From: an uncultured Candidatus Rokubacteria bacterium
Lineage (GTDB): Bacteria > Methylomirabilota > Methylomirabilia > Rokubacteriales > CSP1-6
Reading direction: 5' to 3'
DNA length: 64,000 nucleotides
Assembly: GCA_963789955.1 (NCBI GenBank)
Contig: CAWBMV010000034.1
Location: 480,001 to 544,000 of the forward strand
Shown here piece after piece: positions 26,486 to 40,343 of the stretch (position 1 is its first letter; every line of letters starts with the position of its first letter). The notes under the pieces are model-generated. The model was not told the DNA's origin and searched no databases. It was given only the letters and a program-made list of their open reading frames with translations. A program made the translations under genes and the position numbers.

Positions 26486-27405
26486 GTTGTCAGCTCCTTC
26501 CTGAACCACGCGACAGTCTGGTTGAGGCCTTCGTCGAGCGGTGTCGTCGCGCTCCAGCCGAGCAGCGACTTGGCACGGGTGGCGTCGAGCAGGCTCCGGC
26601 GCTGCTCGCCGGGCTTGGCGGGGGCGTGCTCCGCGGCGCGGCGCACGTCGGTGAGCCGCGCGAGCCGGCGATAGAGCTCGTTGACGCTCGTCTCGGCGCC
26701 GGTGCCGATGTTCGCGATGCCGGTCGCCTCGGGCGAGGCCACCGCGCGGGCGACCGCGTCGGCGACGTCGCCGACGTAGACGTAGTCGCGCGTCTGCTCG
26801 CCGTCGCCGTTCACGACGCAGGTCGCGCCCGCCAGCAATCGCGACGTGAAGATCGCGATGACGCCGGCCTCGCCGGCGGGATCCTGGCGCGGGCCATAGA
26901 CGTTCGCCAGGCGCAAGGTGAGACCGCGCGCGCCCGTCAGCCCGGCCCAGACCTCGAGGTAGCGCTCGGCGGTGACCTTCGAGACGCCGTAGGGCGAGGC
27001 GGGCCGGAGGGGATGGTCTTCCGGGGTCGGCAAGACGTCCGTGTCACCGTACGCGGCGCCGCCCGTCGAGATGTAGACCGCCCGCGGCACGGCGGCGCGC
27101 TTGCACGACTCCAGGAGCGCGATCGTTCCCAGCACGTTGACGCTCGCGTCGAAGCGCGGATCGGCGACCGAGCGCGAGACCGCGGCCTGCGCCGCGACGT
27201 GGACGACCACGGCCGGCCGTGCGTCGGCGAGCACCGAGTCGAGCCGCGCGTCGCGCAGATCGCACACGTGCAGGCGCGCCGCCGCCGGCACGCGCTCGCG
27301 CCGCCCGGTGGCCAGGTTGTCGACCACGTCCACGCTGTGAGAGGCGGCGAGCAGACGATCCACGACGTGCGAACCGACGAAGCCGGCACCGCCCGTGACC
27401 AGCAC
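26482..27405 (-). CDS. NAD-dependent epimerase (UDP-glucose 4-epimerase-like)
   Basis: [24 protein letters not shown]. Confidence 0.88.
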   Translation of the reverse strand: MLVTGGAGFVGSHVVDRLLAASHSVDVVDNLATGRRERVPAAARLHVCDLRDARLDSVLADARPAVVVHVAAQAAVSRSVADPRFDASVNVLGTIALLESCKRAAVPRAVYISTGGAAYGDTDVLPTPEDHPLRPASPYGVSKVTAERYLEVWAGLTGARGLTLRLANVYGPRQDPAGEAGVIAIFTSRLLAGATCVVNGDGEQTRDYVYVGDVADAVARAVASPEATGIANIGTGAETSVNELYRRLARLTDVRRAAEHAPAKPGEQRRSLLDATRAKSLLGWSATTPLDEGLNQTVAWFRKELTT

Positions 27406-27408
27406 TCT

Positions 27409-28346
<938 letters not shown>

Positions 28347-28355
28347 CGCGGCGTC

Positions 28356-29670
28356 CTACGGTCGGCGGACGGGCTGACGACCGATCGAGTGGTACTCGAA
28401 GCCGAGGCGCCGCATGCGCTCGGCCTCCCAGAGGTTCCGACCGTCGAAGACGACGGGGCGGCGCATCACGGTCCGCAGCCGCTCGAGGTTCAGGAACTTG
28501 AACTCGTTCCACTCCGTGATGAGCGCGACGCCGTCGGCGCCGGTCGCGGCCGCGTACGGCGAGTCGGCGTACTCGACGACCGTCGGCAGCATCTTTCGCG
28601 CGTTCGTCATGGCGACGGGATCGTAGGCGCAGACCGTCGCGCCTAGCTCGACCAGCCGCGTGACCACCTCGAGCGGACTTCGCCTCGCGCATGTCGTCGG
28701 TGTTGGGCTTGAACGCGAGCCCCAGGACCGCGATCCGCCGCGTGGGCAACGGCGCCAGCGCCCGCTCGATCATCGATACGAAGTGCGCGGACCGCCCGGT
28801 GTTGACGTCGACGACTGCACGCAGGATGTCGAAGCGGTAGCCGAGGCGTCGCCGCGGTGTGAACGAGCGAGTCCGTGTCCTTCGGAAAGCAGCTGCCGCC
28901 GTAGCCGAGCCCGGCTTGCAGGAAGGCGGCGCCGATGCGTGCGTCGAGCCCCATGCCCTTCATGACCTGCGTGACGTCGGCGCCCGCGAGCTCGCAGATG
29001 TTCGCGATCGCGTTGATGAACGAGATCTTCGTCGCCAGAAACGCATTGGACGCGTACTTGATCATCTCGGCCGACGGCACGTCGGTGATGATCATCGGGC
29101 GCTCGAGCGGCGCGTAGAGCTCCAGCAGGGTCATGGCGACCTGCTGCGTGGGTGCTCCGATCACAATCCGGTCGGGACGCAGCGTGTCCTCGATCGCGGA
29201 GCCCTCGCGGAGGAATTCCGGATTCGACACGACGTCGAACGGGTACGGGCTGCCGCTGGCTGGCGCTCGATCACCTCGCGGACGAACTCGCCGGTGCCGA
29301 CCGGAACGGTCGACTTGTTGACGACGACCGTGTAGCGGTCCATCGCCCGACCGATCTCGCGCGCGACCGCCTCGACGGCGCTGAGATCTGTCTGGCCATC
29401 GACCTTCGGGGGTGTGCCGACCGCGATGAAGACGATCACAGATTTCCGGACGGCGGCGGCTAGGTCGGTGGAGAACGACAGGCGACCGTCGCCGACGTTT
29501 CGCGCCACCATCTCCTCAAGACCTGGCTCGTAGATGGGCAGGTGCCCTGACTGGAGCGCGTCGATCTTGTCGGCGACATTGTCGACGCAGACAACCTCGT
29601 TGCCGAGATCAGCGAAGACGGCTCCGGTCACGAGACCAACGTACCCTGCACCGACGACGCAGATGTTCAT
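28356..29670 (-). CDS. ugd: UDP-glucose 6-dehydrogenase (several indels)
   Basis: [59 protein letters not shown]. Confidence 0.93.
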
Positions 29671-29673
29671 GAG

Positions 29674-30501
29674 TTATTCATCATAGCAGAGGTCGCGTCG
29701 GCTGCTCAGAGCCTTCGCTCGTCCGGCTTCCGCGGCGACCCAGCGAAAGAACACGACCGTGAAGGCGACGAGCGGAATCAGGCCGGCCGGAACCCACATG
29801 ATCAGGCCGCCCAGGCGCTGGTCGGCGAGTGCGGTGAGCCCGAAGAGCCGGGGTGCGGCCGCGTAGAAGGGATACAGGGTGTCCTCGGCGCCGGTGATCA
29901 TCGCGGCGACGACGGTCATCGGGATCCCGAACGCGAACAGGTAGAGGATCTGCGCGCCGTAATGGAGGCGCGGCAGCAGGGCCGAGGGCGACAGCACTGG
30001 CCACCAGGCCAGGAGCGCGGTCGCGATCAGGACGAGATGCTCGATGACGTGGAGCCGGTGGTGGTCGAGCGCGGCGCCGTACGGGCCGGGGAGATGCCAG
30101 CCGATGAGCGCGACGGCATAGATCGTCAGCGCCGGCACCGGACGCGTCGCGGCGCGCAGCAGGCCGCCCACTCCCGGCCACCGACGCAGGCGCTCGACGA
30201 TCGCGTCGGCCATCCACCCGGGCGTGCCGGCGAGCAGGAGCGGCGGGACGACGAGGGTCAACAACAGATGCTGCACCATGTGGGCGCTGAACAAGTAGTA
30301 GTCGCTCAGGTCGTGCAGCGGGCCGTTCAGCGCCACGAGCAGGACGACCAGCGCGGCCATGAACGGCGGAGGAAAGCGGAGCCCGGTCCGCGGGCCCCGC
30401 GTCCACGCGATCGCGTACGCGAGAGCCAGCAGGCCGACTCCGAGCACGACATCGGCGTGGATCTCACCGGCGGTCCAGACGAACGGCGGCGGCGCGCTCA
30501 T
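29674..30501 (-). CDS. ctaG: Cytochrome c oxidase assembly factor, caa3-type CtaG (exact stop uncertain)
   Basis: LFSAHMVQHLLL, WHLP, DQRLGGLIMWVP. Confidence 0.88.
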   Translation of the reverse strand: MSAPPPFVWTAGEIHADVVLGVGLLALAYAIAWTRGPRTGLRFPPPFMAALVVLLVALNGPLHDLSDYYLFSAHMVQHLLLTLVVPPLLLAGTPGWMADAIVERLRRWPGVGGLLRAATRPVPALTIYAVALIGWHLPGPYGAALDHHRLHVIEHLVLIATALLAWWPVLSPSALLPRLHYGAQILYLFAFGIPMTVVAAMITGAEDTLYPFYAAAPRLFGLTALADQRLGGLIMWVPAGLIPLVAFTVVFFRWVAAEAGRAKALSSRRDLCYDE

Positions 30502-30809
30502 CAGCGGCCGAAGACCAGGAAGGCGCCGGTCAAGGTCATCAGCGCCACCGCCAGCCCGGACGCGAGGGCCAGCGGTCCGACGAACAGGAACGTGAGCACG
30601 CGCGAGTCGTATCGCAGGTGCATGAAGAACAGCGCGACGAGCGCGAACTTGGCCGCGGACATGGCCAGCAAGAGCGGCACGACGACCGGCGCGAGCCGGC
30701 GGACGTAGATCACGCCGACCTCGAGCGCCGTCACGACGGTCAGCACCAGCGCCACCCTGACGTAGGTCCCGACCGTCGGCTGCTCGTGGCCTCGATGCTC
30801 GTCACTCAC
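30501..30809 (-). CDS. Cytochrome c oxidase subunit IV family
   Basis: LTVVTALEV, KFALVALFFMHLRYD. Confidence 0.85.
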   Translation of the reverse strand: MSDEHRGHEQPTVGTYVRVALVLTVVTALEVGVIYVRRLAPVVVPLLLAMSAAKFALVALFFMHLRYDSRVLTFLFVGPLALASGLAVALMTLTGAFLVFGR

Positions 30810-30822
30810 GGGTGAGCCTCCG

Positions 30823-33260
<2,438 letters not shown>

Positions 33261-33261
<1 letters not shown>

Positions 33262-34267
33262 CACTTGAGCCCGATCAAGTAGGTCGCCACCGCGCGGGCC
33301 TGCTCGTCGGTGAGTCCGAGCGCCGGCATCTTCGCGTCCGGCTTGATCGCCGGCGGATCCTTGATCCACGCGGCGACGTTCTCGACGGTGTTCGGCAAGA
33401 TCCCGGCCGCCAGCGTGTGGCGGCTCCCGAATCGGGTGAGATCGGGACCGAGCGCCCCGCTCGACACACCTCGGATCGTGTGACAGTCCGACGCATGCGC
33501 TCTGCGCGAAGATCGCCTTGCCGTCGGCGGCCGGGCCGGCGGGCGGCTCCGGCGGCTCGACCTTCTGCGCGGCGACCCATCGCGCGAACGCGTCGGGCGC
33601 GTCGACGATGACTCGCATGCCCATGTTGGCGTGCGAGACGCCGCAGAACTCGGCGCACTGGCCGCGATATTCGCCGGGCGTCTCGGCGGTGAACGTCAGC
33701 CGGTTCAGCCGTCCGGGCACGACGTCGCGCTTGCCGCCGAGCTGGGGCACCCAGAAGCTGTGGATCACGTCGGGGCCGTCGAGCACGAGCGCCACCGGCC
33801 GCCCGGCCGGCACGTGCAGCTCGTTCGCGGTGACGATCTGGAGCGCCGGATACTGAAACTCCCACCACCACTGTCGCCCGCGTACCGTGACCTCGAGCGC
33901 GTCACGCGGCGGGCGCGGCCTGCGTCCGGAAGATCACCTGGATCGTCGGGATCGCGATCACGAGCAGGACGATCGCGGGCGCGATCGTCCACGAAATCTC
34001 GAGCAGGGTGTGGCCGCGCGTCTGCGCCGGCATCCCCGACGCGCCCGGCCGGGCGCGGAAGCGGGCCAGCACCCACGCCAGCATGAGCGCCCACGAGCAG
34101 CGCGATGCCGACGTGATCCACGTGATGATGGAGTAGACGTGCAGGATGTCGCGCGCGAAGTCGGAGCGCGGCACGACGGTGCTCATGGGCCCGTCCCACG
34201 CGCAGCCGCCCAGCGCGAGCGTGAGGGCGAGCGCCCCGCGGCGCACCGGGCGGATCAGTGATTGCAT
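33261..34267 (-). CDS. Cytochrome c oxidase subunit II with C-terminal cytochrome c, caa3 type (indels)
   Basis: Lipobox-like ALGGC, LEISWT, DVIHSFW, CAEFCGVSHANM (CuA), CxxCH split by an indel, MPAL. Confidence 0.88.
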
Positions 34268-34345
34268 CGACACGTCGGCCGCGGCCTTGGCGTCTTCTAG
34301 CGTGCCATGGGCGAGGTCACTCGGCATCCCCTGCGAGCGCCGCCG

Positions 34346-35593
34346 TCAGGCGGTAGCGTTTGCGAGAGCCAGGAGCGTGTGCAGGAGCGCGTTCGCGCCG
34401 CGCTCGATCGCCTGCCAGTCGCTCATCTCGTCGACACGATGGCTGCGCCCGCCCAGCGAGGGGATGAAGATCATCCCGGAGTCGGTGATGCGGGCCAGGT
34501 TCTGGGCGTCGTGGCCGGCCGCCGAGTACAGACGACGGGTCGCGAGCCCGAGATTCGCGCACACCTTTTCGGTCACCGCCTGGACCCGCGGCGAGCACGG
34601 CGCCGGCGTCGTGGCCGACATGGGCTGGATCTCGAGGCCGACCTTGTGCGCGCCGGCGACGTCGCGCGCGAGGGCCGCGCACTCGGCGGCCAGGCGCTCG
34701 AGCACCGCGACGTCCGGATCGCGCATCTCGTGCACGAGCTCGGCGCGGGCGGGGACGATGTTGGACGCGCCGGGATGCACGCGAACGACACCGAAGTTGG
34801 TCACGCTGAGCTTGCTGCCGTGCGCGACGACGTGGGCGCGCACGCGCAGCGCGTAGTCGGCCGAGGCCAGGAATGCGTCGCGCCGGCGATCCATCGGCGT
34901 GGTGCCGGCGTGGTCGGCCTGGCCCAGGAAGATCACGCGCGAGCGGCGCACACCGACGATCTGCTCGACGACGCCGATCGGAATGCCCGCTTCTTCGAGC
35001 CGAGCGCCCTGCTCGATGTGGAGCTCCAGGTAGGCGGCGACGGCCCCGGCCGGCACGCGGGCCTCTGGAGCGCGATGCGCGTCGAACCCGGCGCCCGCCA
35101 TCGCGTCGACGAGCCGCGCGCCGTCGACGGCCGCCATCTCGTCGAGCTTCGCCCCGTCGAGCATGCCGCAGAACGCCCGCGACCCGAAGAGACTCCCGTA
35201 GCGGCCTTCCTCGTCACTCCAGGCCGCGACGACCAGCGGCTTCGCGTGGGGCGTGCGTGTCTCCTGGATCGCGTGGAGGCACTCGAGTCCCGCGAGCACT
35301 CCGAGCGCGCCGTCGAGGATGCCGCCCTCCGGGACGGTGTCGATGTGCGAGCCGGTGAGGACGACCGGAGTTTCCGGACGGATGGCTCGGATGCCCGTCG
35401 CGCCAAAGACGTTGCCGGCCGGGTCGACCCACGTCTCGAGCCCGGCCGCCCGCATCTCGCCGAGCAGCCAGGCGCGCGCTTCTTCGTGCGACGGCGACCA
35501 GCACATGCGCGTCACGCCGCCACCGGGCAAGGCGCCGAAGCGGGCCAGCGTGTTGATCCGAGAGGTGAGTCGCGGCAGCGAGATGGAGATCAC
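34346..35593 (-). CDS. M20 Zn-dependent amidohydrolase (allantoate / N-carbamoyl-amino-acid hydrolase family)
   Basis: GSHIDTV, DGALGV, EEGR, ELHIEQG, HAGTTPM, AGHDA. Confidence 0.9.
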   Translation of the reverse strand: MISISLPRLTSRINTLARFGALPGGGVTRMCWSPSHEEARAWLLGEMRAAGLETWVDPAGNVFGATGIRAIRPETPVVLTGSHIDTVPEGGILDGALGVLAGLECLHAIQETRTPHAKPLVVAAWSDEEGRYGSLFGSRAFCGMLDGAKLDEMAAVDGARLVDAMAGAGFDAHRAPEARVPAGAVAAYLELHIEQGARLEEAGIPIGVVEQIVGVRRSRVIFLGQADHAGTTPMDRRRDAFLASADYALRVRAHVVAHGSKLSVTNFGVVRVHPGASNIVPARAELVHEMRDPDVAVLERLAAECAALARDVAGAHKVGLEIQPMSATTPAPCSPRVQAVTEKVCANLGLATRRLYSAAGHDAQNLARITDSGMIFIPSLGGRSHRVDEMSDWQAIERGANALLHTLLALANATA

Positions 35594-35640
35594 TTGGACG
35601 GAGTATAAGCCTTGACTTCGCCAGGGGAAGGATCCGAAAA

Positions 35641-35654
35641 TGAACCACCGTTCA
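35641..35654. promoter_or_regulatory. TetR-type operator candidate
   Basis: TGAAC-CACC-GTTCA palindrome just downstream of TTGACT...GAAAAT and upstream of the acyl-CoA dehydrogenase genes. Confidence 0.45.
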
Positions 35655-35687
35655 GTCGTTCGGCTCGCCCACCTTCAGGAGGGGAAA

Positions 35688-36879
35688 TTGGATCTCTCAC
35701 TGACTCCGGACCAGGAAGCTTTCAGGGCGACCGTCCGCTCCTGGCTCAAGACGAACATCCCGCGCGAGTGGAAGTCGACGGGCAGCTCCGAGCTCCCGCG
35801 CGCCGAACAGTACGAGTTCCTCCGCCGCTGGCAGCGCACGCTCGTTCGAGGCCGGCTTCATCGGTCTCACGTGGCCCAAGGAATACGGCGGCGGCGGCCT
35901 CACGTTCATGGAGGAGCTGATCCTCCAGCAAGAGATGGCGCTGGCGAAGGCGCCCCCCATCCTCAACGTGCTCGGCGTCGGCATGGGCGGTCCCACGATC
36001 ATCGCGTGGGGTACTGAAGAGCAGAAGAAGCGCTATCCGGCCAAGATCCTCTCCTGCGAGGAGATCTGGTGCCAGGGCTACTCGGAGCCGAATTCGGGCT
36101 CCGACCTCGCGTCCTTGCAGACGCGCGCGGTCAAGGACGGCGAGCACTGGGTGATCAACGGGCAGAAGGTGTGGACGTCGTTCGCGCACGTCGCGGACTA
36201 CATGATGCTGCTCGCCCGGACCGACCCGAGCGTGCCCAAGCACAAGGGCATCACGTATTTCCTGCTCGACATGAAGCTCCCGGGCGTCACGGTGAAGCCG
36301 CTCAGACAGATCACCGGCGAGGCGGAGTTCAACGAAGTCTTCTTCGACAACGTCCGCGTGCACGAGTCGCAGGTGCTGGGCGGCGTCAACAACGGCTGGG
36401 CGGTCGGGCTCACGACCTTGATGTACGAGCGGCTGACGCTCGGTTTCGGCCTGCAGATGCGGCTGCGTATCGCGCTCGACGGCCTGCTCGAGCTCGCGAA
36501 GGGGATGGAGAAGAGCGGCCGCGTCGTGACGAAGGATCCGGTCATGCGCCAGAAGCTCGCGCAGCTCTGGATCGACACGGAGTGCCTGAAGTACACGGGC
36601 GCGCGCGCGATCACCAAGCTGCTCCGCGGCGAGATGCCGGGCCCCGAAGCGTCCACCGGCAAGATGGCGTGGGTCGATACGCATCAGCGGCTGCAAGAGA
36701 TCGCGATCGAGATCGAGGGGCCGTACTCGCAGCTCGTGAAGGGCTCGGACTGGGCGGTCGACGGCGGCGTGTGGCCTCACTCGTTCCTCCGCTCGCGCGC
36801 CAACTCGATCGAGGGCGGGACGACCGAGATCCAGAAGAACATCATCGCCGAGCGGCTGCTCGGCCTTCCCAAGGACTAG
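35688..36879 (+). CDS. Acyl-CoA dehydrogenase (frameshift near 35845)
   Basis: WCQGYSEPNSGSDLASL, NGQKVWTS, EFNEVFF, SIEGGTTEIQKNII; TTG start after GGAGG. Confidence 0.92.
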
Positions 36880-36883
36880 CCCC

Positions 36884-38020
36884 ATGGACTTCGGATTCAG
36901 CCAGGAGCAAGAGCTCCTCCGCTCGACCGCGCGCAAATTCCTCGAGAACGAGTGCACGTCCGGCTTCGTGCGGGCGCGGATGGAAGAGCCCGCCGGCGTC
37001 ACCGACGAGTTCTGGGCCAAGCTCGCCGAGCAAGGCTGGCTCGGCCTGATCTACCCCGAAGAGCACGGCGGCTCGGGGCTCGGCTTCGTCGACCTCACGG
37101 TGCTGATGGAAGAGATGGGCCGCGTCGTGATGCCCGGGCCGTTCTTCTCCACGGTGCTGCTCGGCGGCCTGGCGATCCGCGAGGCCGGCTCGGCGGCGCA
37201 GAAGAAGGAGTGGCTCACGAAGATCGCCGCCGGCCAGGCCAAGGCCACGCTCGCGTGGACCGAGCCGAGTGCGCGCTGGGACGCGGCCGGCGTGACCTGC
37301 ACGGCGAAAGAAGAGAAGGGCGGCTTCGTGCTCAACGGCACGAAGCTCTTCGTGCCCGACGCGCATCTGGCCGACGCGATCGTCGTCGTTGCGCGCACGG
37401 GCGAGGGCAAGGCCGAGGACGGCGTCAGCCTGATCCTCGTGCCCAAGACCACGCGCGGCGTGCAGGTGAAGCTCCTGCCCACGATGGATCAGACGCGCAA
37501 GCTCTGCGAAATCACGTTCCAGGACGCGGCGGTGCCGGCTGACGCGCTGATGGGCGTCAAGGGCAAGGCGTGGCCGACGCTCACGCGGGTGGTCGAGCGC
37601 GCGACCGTGGCGCTTTGCGCCGAGATGTGCGGCGGCGCCCAGCGCGTGCTCGACATGACCACGGACTACGCGAAGATCCGGATCGCGTTCGGCAAGCCGA
37701 TCGGGACGTACCAGGGCGTCAAGCACAAGGCCGCGGACATGCTCGTCGACGTCGAGAACGCGAAGTCACTCACGTACTACGCCGCGTGGGCGGTCGACGA
37801 GAACTCGCCGGAGGCTCCGCTGGCGGCGTCGATGGCCAAGGCGTACGTGACCGACGCGTACCGCAAGATCGCCGGCGCCGGGATCCAGCTCCACGGCGGC
37901 ATCGGGTTCACCTGGGAGCACGACCTGCACCTCTACTTCAAGCGCGCCAAGTCGTCCGAGTTCACGTTCGGCGACGCGACGTATCATCGCGAGCGGGTCG
38001 CGCAGCTGATTAATCTGTAG
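36884..38020 (+). CDS. Acyl-CoA dehydrogenase, probable partner subunit of a heteromeric ACAD
   Basis: FGKPIGTYQGVKH, QLHGGIGFTWEHDLHLY; 4 nt after the first ACAD. Confidence 0.92.
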   Translation: MDFGFSQEQELLRSTARKFLENECTSGFVRARMEEPAGVTDEFWAKLAEQGWLGLIYPEEHGGSGLGFVDLTVLMEEMGRVVMPGPFFSTVLLGGLAIREAGSAAQKKEWLTKIAAGQAKATLAWTEPSARWDAAGVTCTAKEEKGGFVLNGTKLFVPDAHLADAIVVVARTGEGKAEDGVSLILVPKTTRGVQVKLLPTMDQTRKLCEITFQDAAVPADALMGVKGKAWPTLTRVVERATVALCAEMCGGAQRVLDMTTDYAKIRIAFGKPIGTYQGVKHKAADMLVDVENAKSLTYYAAWAVDENSPEAPLAASMAKAYVTDAYRKIAGAGIQLHGGIGFTWEHDLHLYFKRAKSSEFTFGDATYHRERVAQLINL

Positions 38021-38091
38021 CTGGGGGGTACGAGACGCATCCCCCCAGACCCCCCGATTCGCGGGTGCGAGCGAGCCGTTGGCTCGCTCGC
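38021..38091. repeat. REP-like intergenic hairpins
   Basis: CTGGGGGG-N12-CCCCCCAG-ACCCCCC followed by GCGAGCGAGCC-GTT-GGCTCGCTCGC. Confidence 0.55.
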
Positions 38092-38172
38092 GTCTGCTGT
38101 AACGGTCTACTGCCTCGCTCCGCGTGTCTGGCTCCTCCTGCCGTTCGTCCTTGCTAGCGGTAGTGAGCGGTC

Positions 38173-39017
38173 GTGAGCTCGACGCGTGGCGTGCCGGCGG
38201 TTCCGGCGGTGCCGAAGCCGGCGGCGTCGGTCGTGCTCGTGAGGCAGGCGGCGCCGCGATCCGCTGAGCCTATCGAGGTGTACATGATCCGGCGGAACCG
38301 CAACATGCGGTTCCTCGGCGGCTACTATGCGTTTCCCGGAGGCAAGGTCGATCCCGGCGACGGGGTTCCCGAGGCGCGCCGCGCGCTGTCGCGGCGATCG
38401 AGGCCGCCGACGCCGAGGCGATCGTCACGGAGCGGGAAGGGGTGCCGGCGCTCGCGTTCTGGGTGACCGCGGTGCGGGAGCTGCTCGAGGAGAGCGGCAT
38501 CCTGCTGGCGTGCGACGAGAGCGGACACACGCTCGACCTCTCGGCGGCGCGTGTGAAGGACGGCATCGAGCGCTGCCGCAAGGCGCTCATGGCCGGCGAG
38601 GCGCCGTTCACCGAGCTGATCGCCCGCGAAGGCTGGTACTGCGACCTGCGGCCTCTGCACTACCTCTCGCACTTCATCACGCCGACCTCGAGCCCGATTC
38701 GCTTCACCGCGCGCTTCTTTCTCAGCGCGATGCCGGCCGGCCAAGAGCCTCGGCTCTTCACCGAAGAGACATCGGAGGGGTTCTGGATCTTCCCCGGCGA
38801 GGGCTATCGGCGCTACCTGTCCGGCGAGATGAAGATGGCCGAGCCCGGCGAGTACGGCCTCGGCTATCTGGCCCAGTTCGCCTCGCTCGGCGAGCTGATG
38901 ACCGCCCATCGCGACGGCCGCCACAAGTTTCAGGGGATCGCCGATCGGCTGGACGTGGCCTGGAGCAGCTTCGACTGGAAGCAGAACCGGTTTCCGTTGC
39001 GATCACCTGAGAAGTGA
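38173..39017 (+). CDS. NUDIX hydrolase, NUDT19-like (frameshift near 38380)
   Basis: PAASVVLVR, FPGGKVD, AVRELLEESG, FITP...RFTARFF. Confidence 0.85.
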
Positions 39018-39121
39018 AGGGGATCGGCCCGGCGCAGCCGGCCTCTTGACAGCGCCCAGCGCGACGTCTACGGACCGCGCGAATTGAAAATCGTATCTCG
39101 CCCCGTGCCGGGTGGTCGTCG

Positions 39122-40075
39122 CTAACGGCCCGCCGTTCGCGGACGCAACACACGCTGCACGCCGTTCACGACGGCCAGTACCAGGGCACCGGCCACGACG
39201 CCTATGAGGGCATCGAGCAGGAGGGACGTCGCGAGTCGAAGCATGCCGGCGATGCCCGGGCGCGCGGCGAGGCCTTCGGACAGGCCTTCGATCCAGCCGT
39301 GTAGCCCAGGAATGCCATGGACGAGGATACCGCCGCCCACCAGGAACATGGCGGCCGTGCCGCCGATGGACAGGCCCTTCATGAGAAATGGCGCGGCCTT
39401 GAGAATGCTCGCCCCGATACGGCGCTGAATCCGGGCGACCACCGCGTCACCCTCGCGCCGGCTGAGATACAGTCCGCCGTCGTCGAGCTTGACGATGCCC
39501 GCGACCAGGCCGTAGACGCCCGCCGTCATGAGGAGCGCGATGCCGACGAGCACCGCTCCCTGCGTCATGAAGGGCGCGTCCGATACGGTGCCCAGCGAGA
39601 TGACGATGATCTCCGCCGAGAGGACGAAGTCGGTGCGCACGGCCCCCTTGATCCGCGCTTTCTCAGCCGAGACGAGGTCTACCCTGGGATCGGACCTTGC
39701 CCGCACCAGCTCGGCGTGGTGCGCGTCGTCCTTCGTCGGGCTGTAGAGGAACTTGTGCGCGAGCTTCTCGAAACCTTCGTAGCCCAGATATGCGCCGCCG
39801 ATCATGAGCAGGGGCATCACGGCCCACGGCGCGAAGGCGCCGATGGCCAGCGCCGACGGCACCAGGATGGCCTTGTTCAGCAGCGAACCCTTGGCGACGG
39901 CCCATACGATCGGTAGCTCGCGATCGGCCCTCAGGCCAGCCACCTGCTGAGCGTTGAGTGCGAGGTCGTCGCCCAGCACGCCCGCGGTCTTCTGCGTGGC
40001 GACCTTGGTGAGCGCCGACACGTCGTCGAGCAAGGTGGCGATGTCGTCGAGCAGGGCGAGCAGGCTCGATGCCAC
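39122..40075 (-). CDS. DUF808 family inner membrane protein (YedI-like)
   Basis: LALLDDIATLLDDV, KTAGVLGDDLALNAQQV, GAVRTDFVLSAEI, GTAAMFLVGGGI. Confidence 0.9.
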   Translation of the reverse strand: MASSLLALLDDIATLLDDVSALTKVATQKTAGVLGDDLALNAQQVAGLRADRELPIVWAVAKGSLLNKAILVPSALAIGAFAPWAVMPLLMIGGAYLGYEGFEKLAHKFLYSPTKDDAHHAELVRARSDPRVDLVSAEKARIKGAVRTDFVLSAEIIVISLGTVSDAPFMTQGAVLVGIALLMTAGVYGLVAGIVKLDDGGLYLSRREGDAVVARIQRRIGASILKAAPFLMKGLSIGGTAAMFLVGGGILVHGIPGLHGWIEGLSEGLAARPGIAGMLRLATSLLLDALIGVVAGALVLAVVNGVQRVLRPRTAGR

Positions 40076-40343
40076 GGTTGCTATTGCACGCGGAGACCGG
40101 CGGCCCTCGCCACCAGACGCCACGCGCCGATTTCGTTGCGGACGAATTCACCCATGTGCGTGGAAGTATCCGTCAGCGGCTCGGTCCCTTGCGCGATTCA
40201 GTTTCTCCCCGACATCGGCGAGCCGAAAGTACGCGTCACGGCATCGCCAACCATATGATGGTGTCGCGCGGTGTGCGCGCCGGCGCTATCATCCCGTACC
40301 ACGTGCTCGATTCGAATCCGGGATTGTCGGCACGTCCGACGTC

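Noticed and set aside
34290..34310. Sigma54 promoters at TGGCACG upstream of the caa3 operon (and of GT2 near 44211-44218)
   Set aside because: A -24-like box is present but there is no TTGC -12 box at the required spacing
40076..40343. Riboswitch (c-di-AMP or c-di-GMP) upstream of the APC transporter
   Set aside because: No consensus elements recognisable by eye; an Infernal/Rfam scan would be needed
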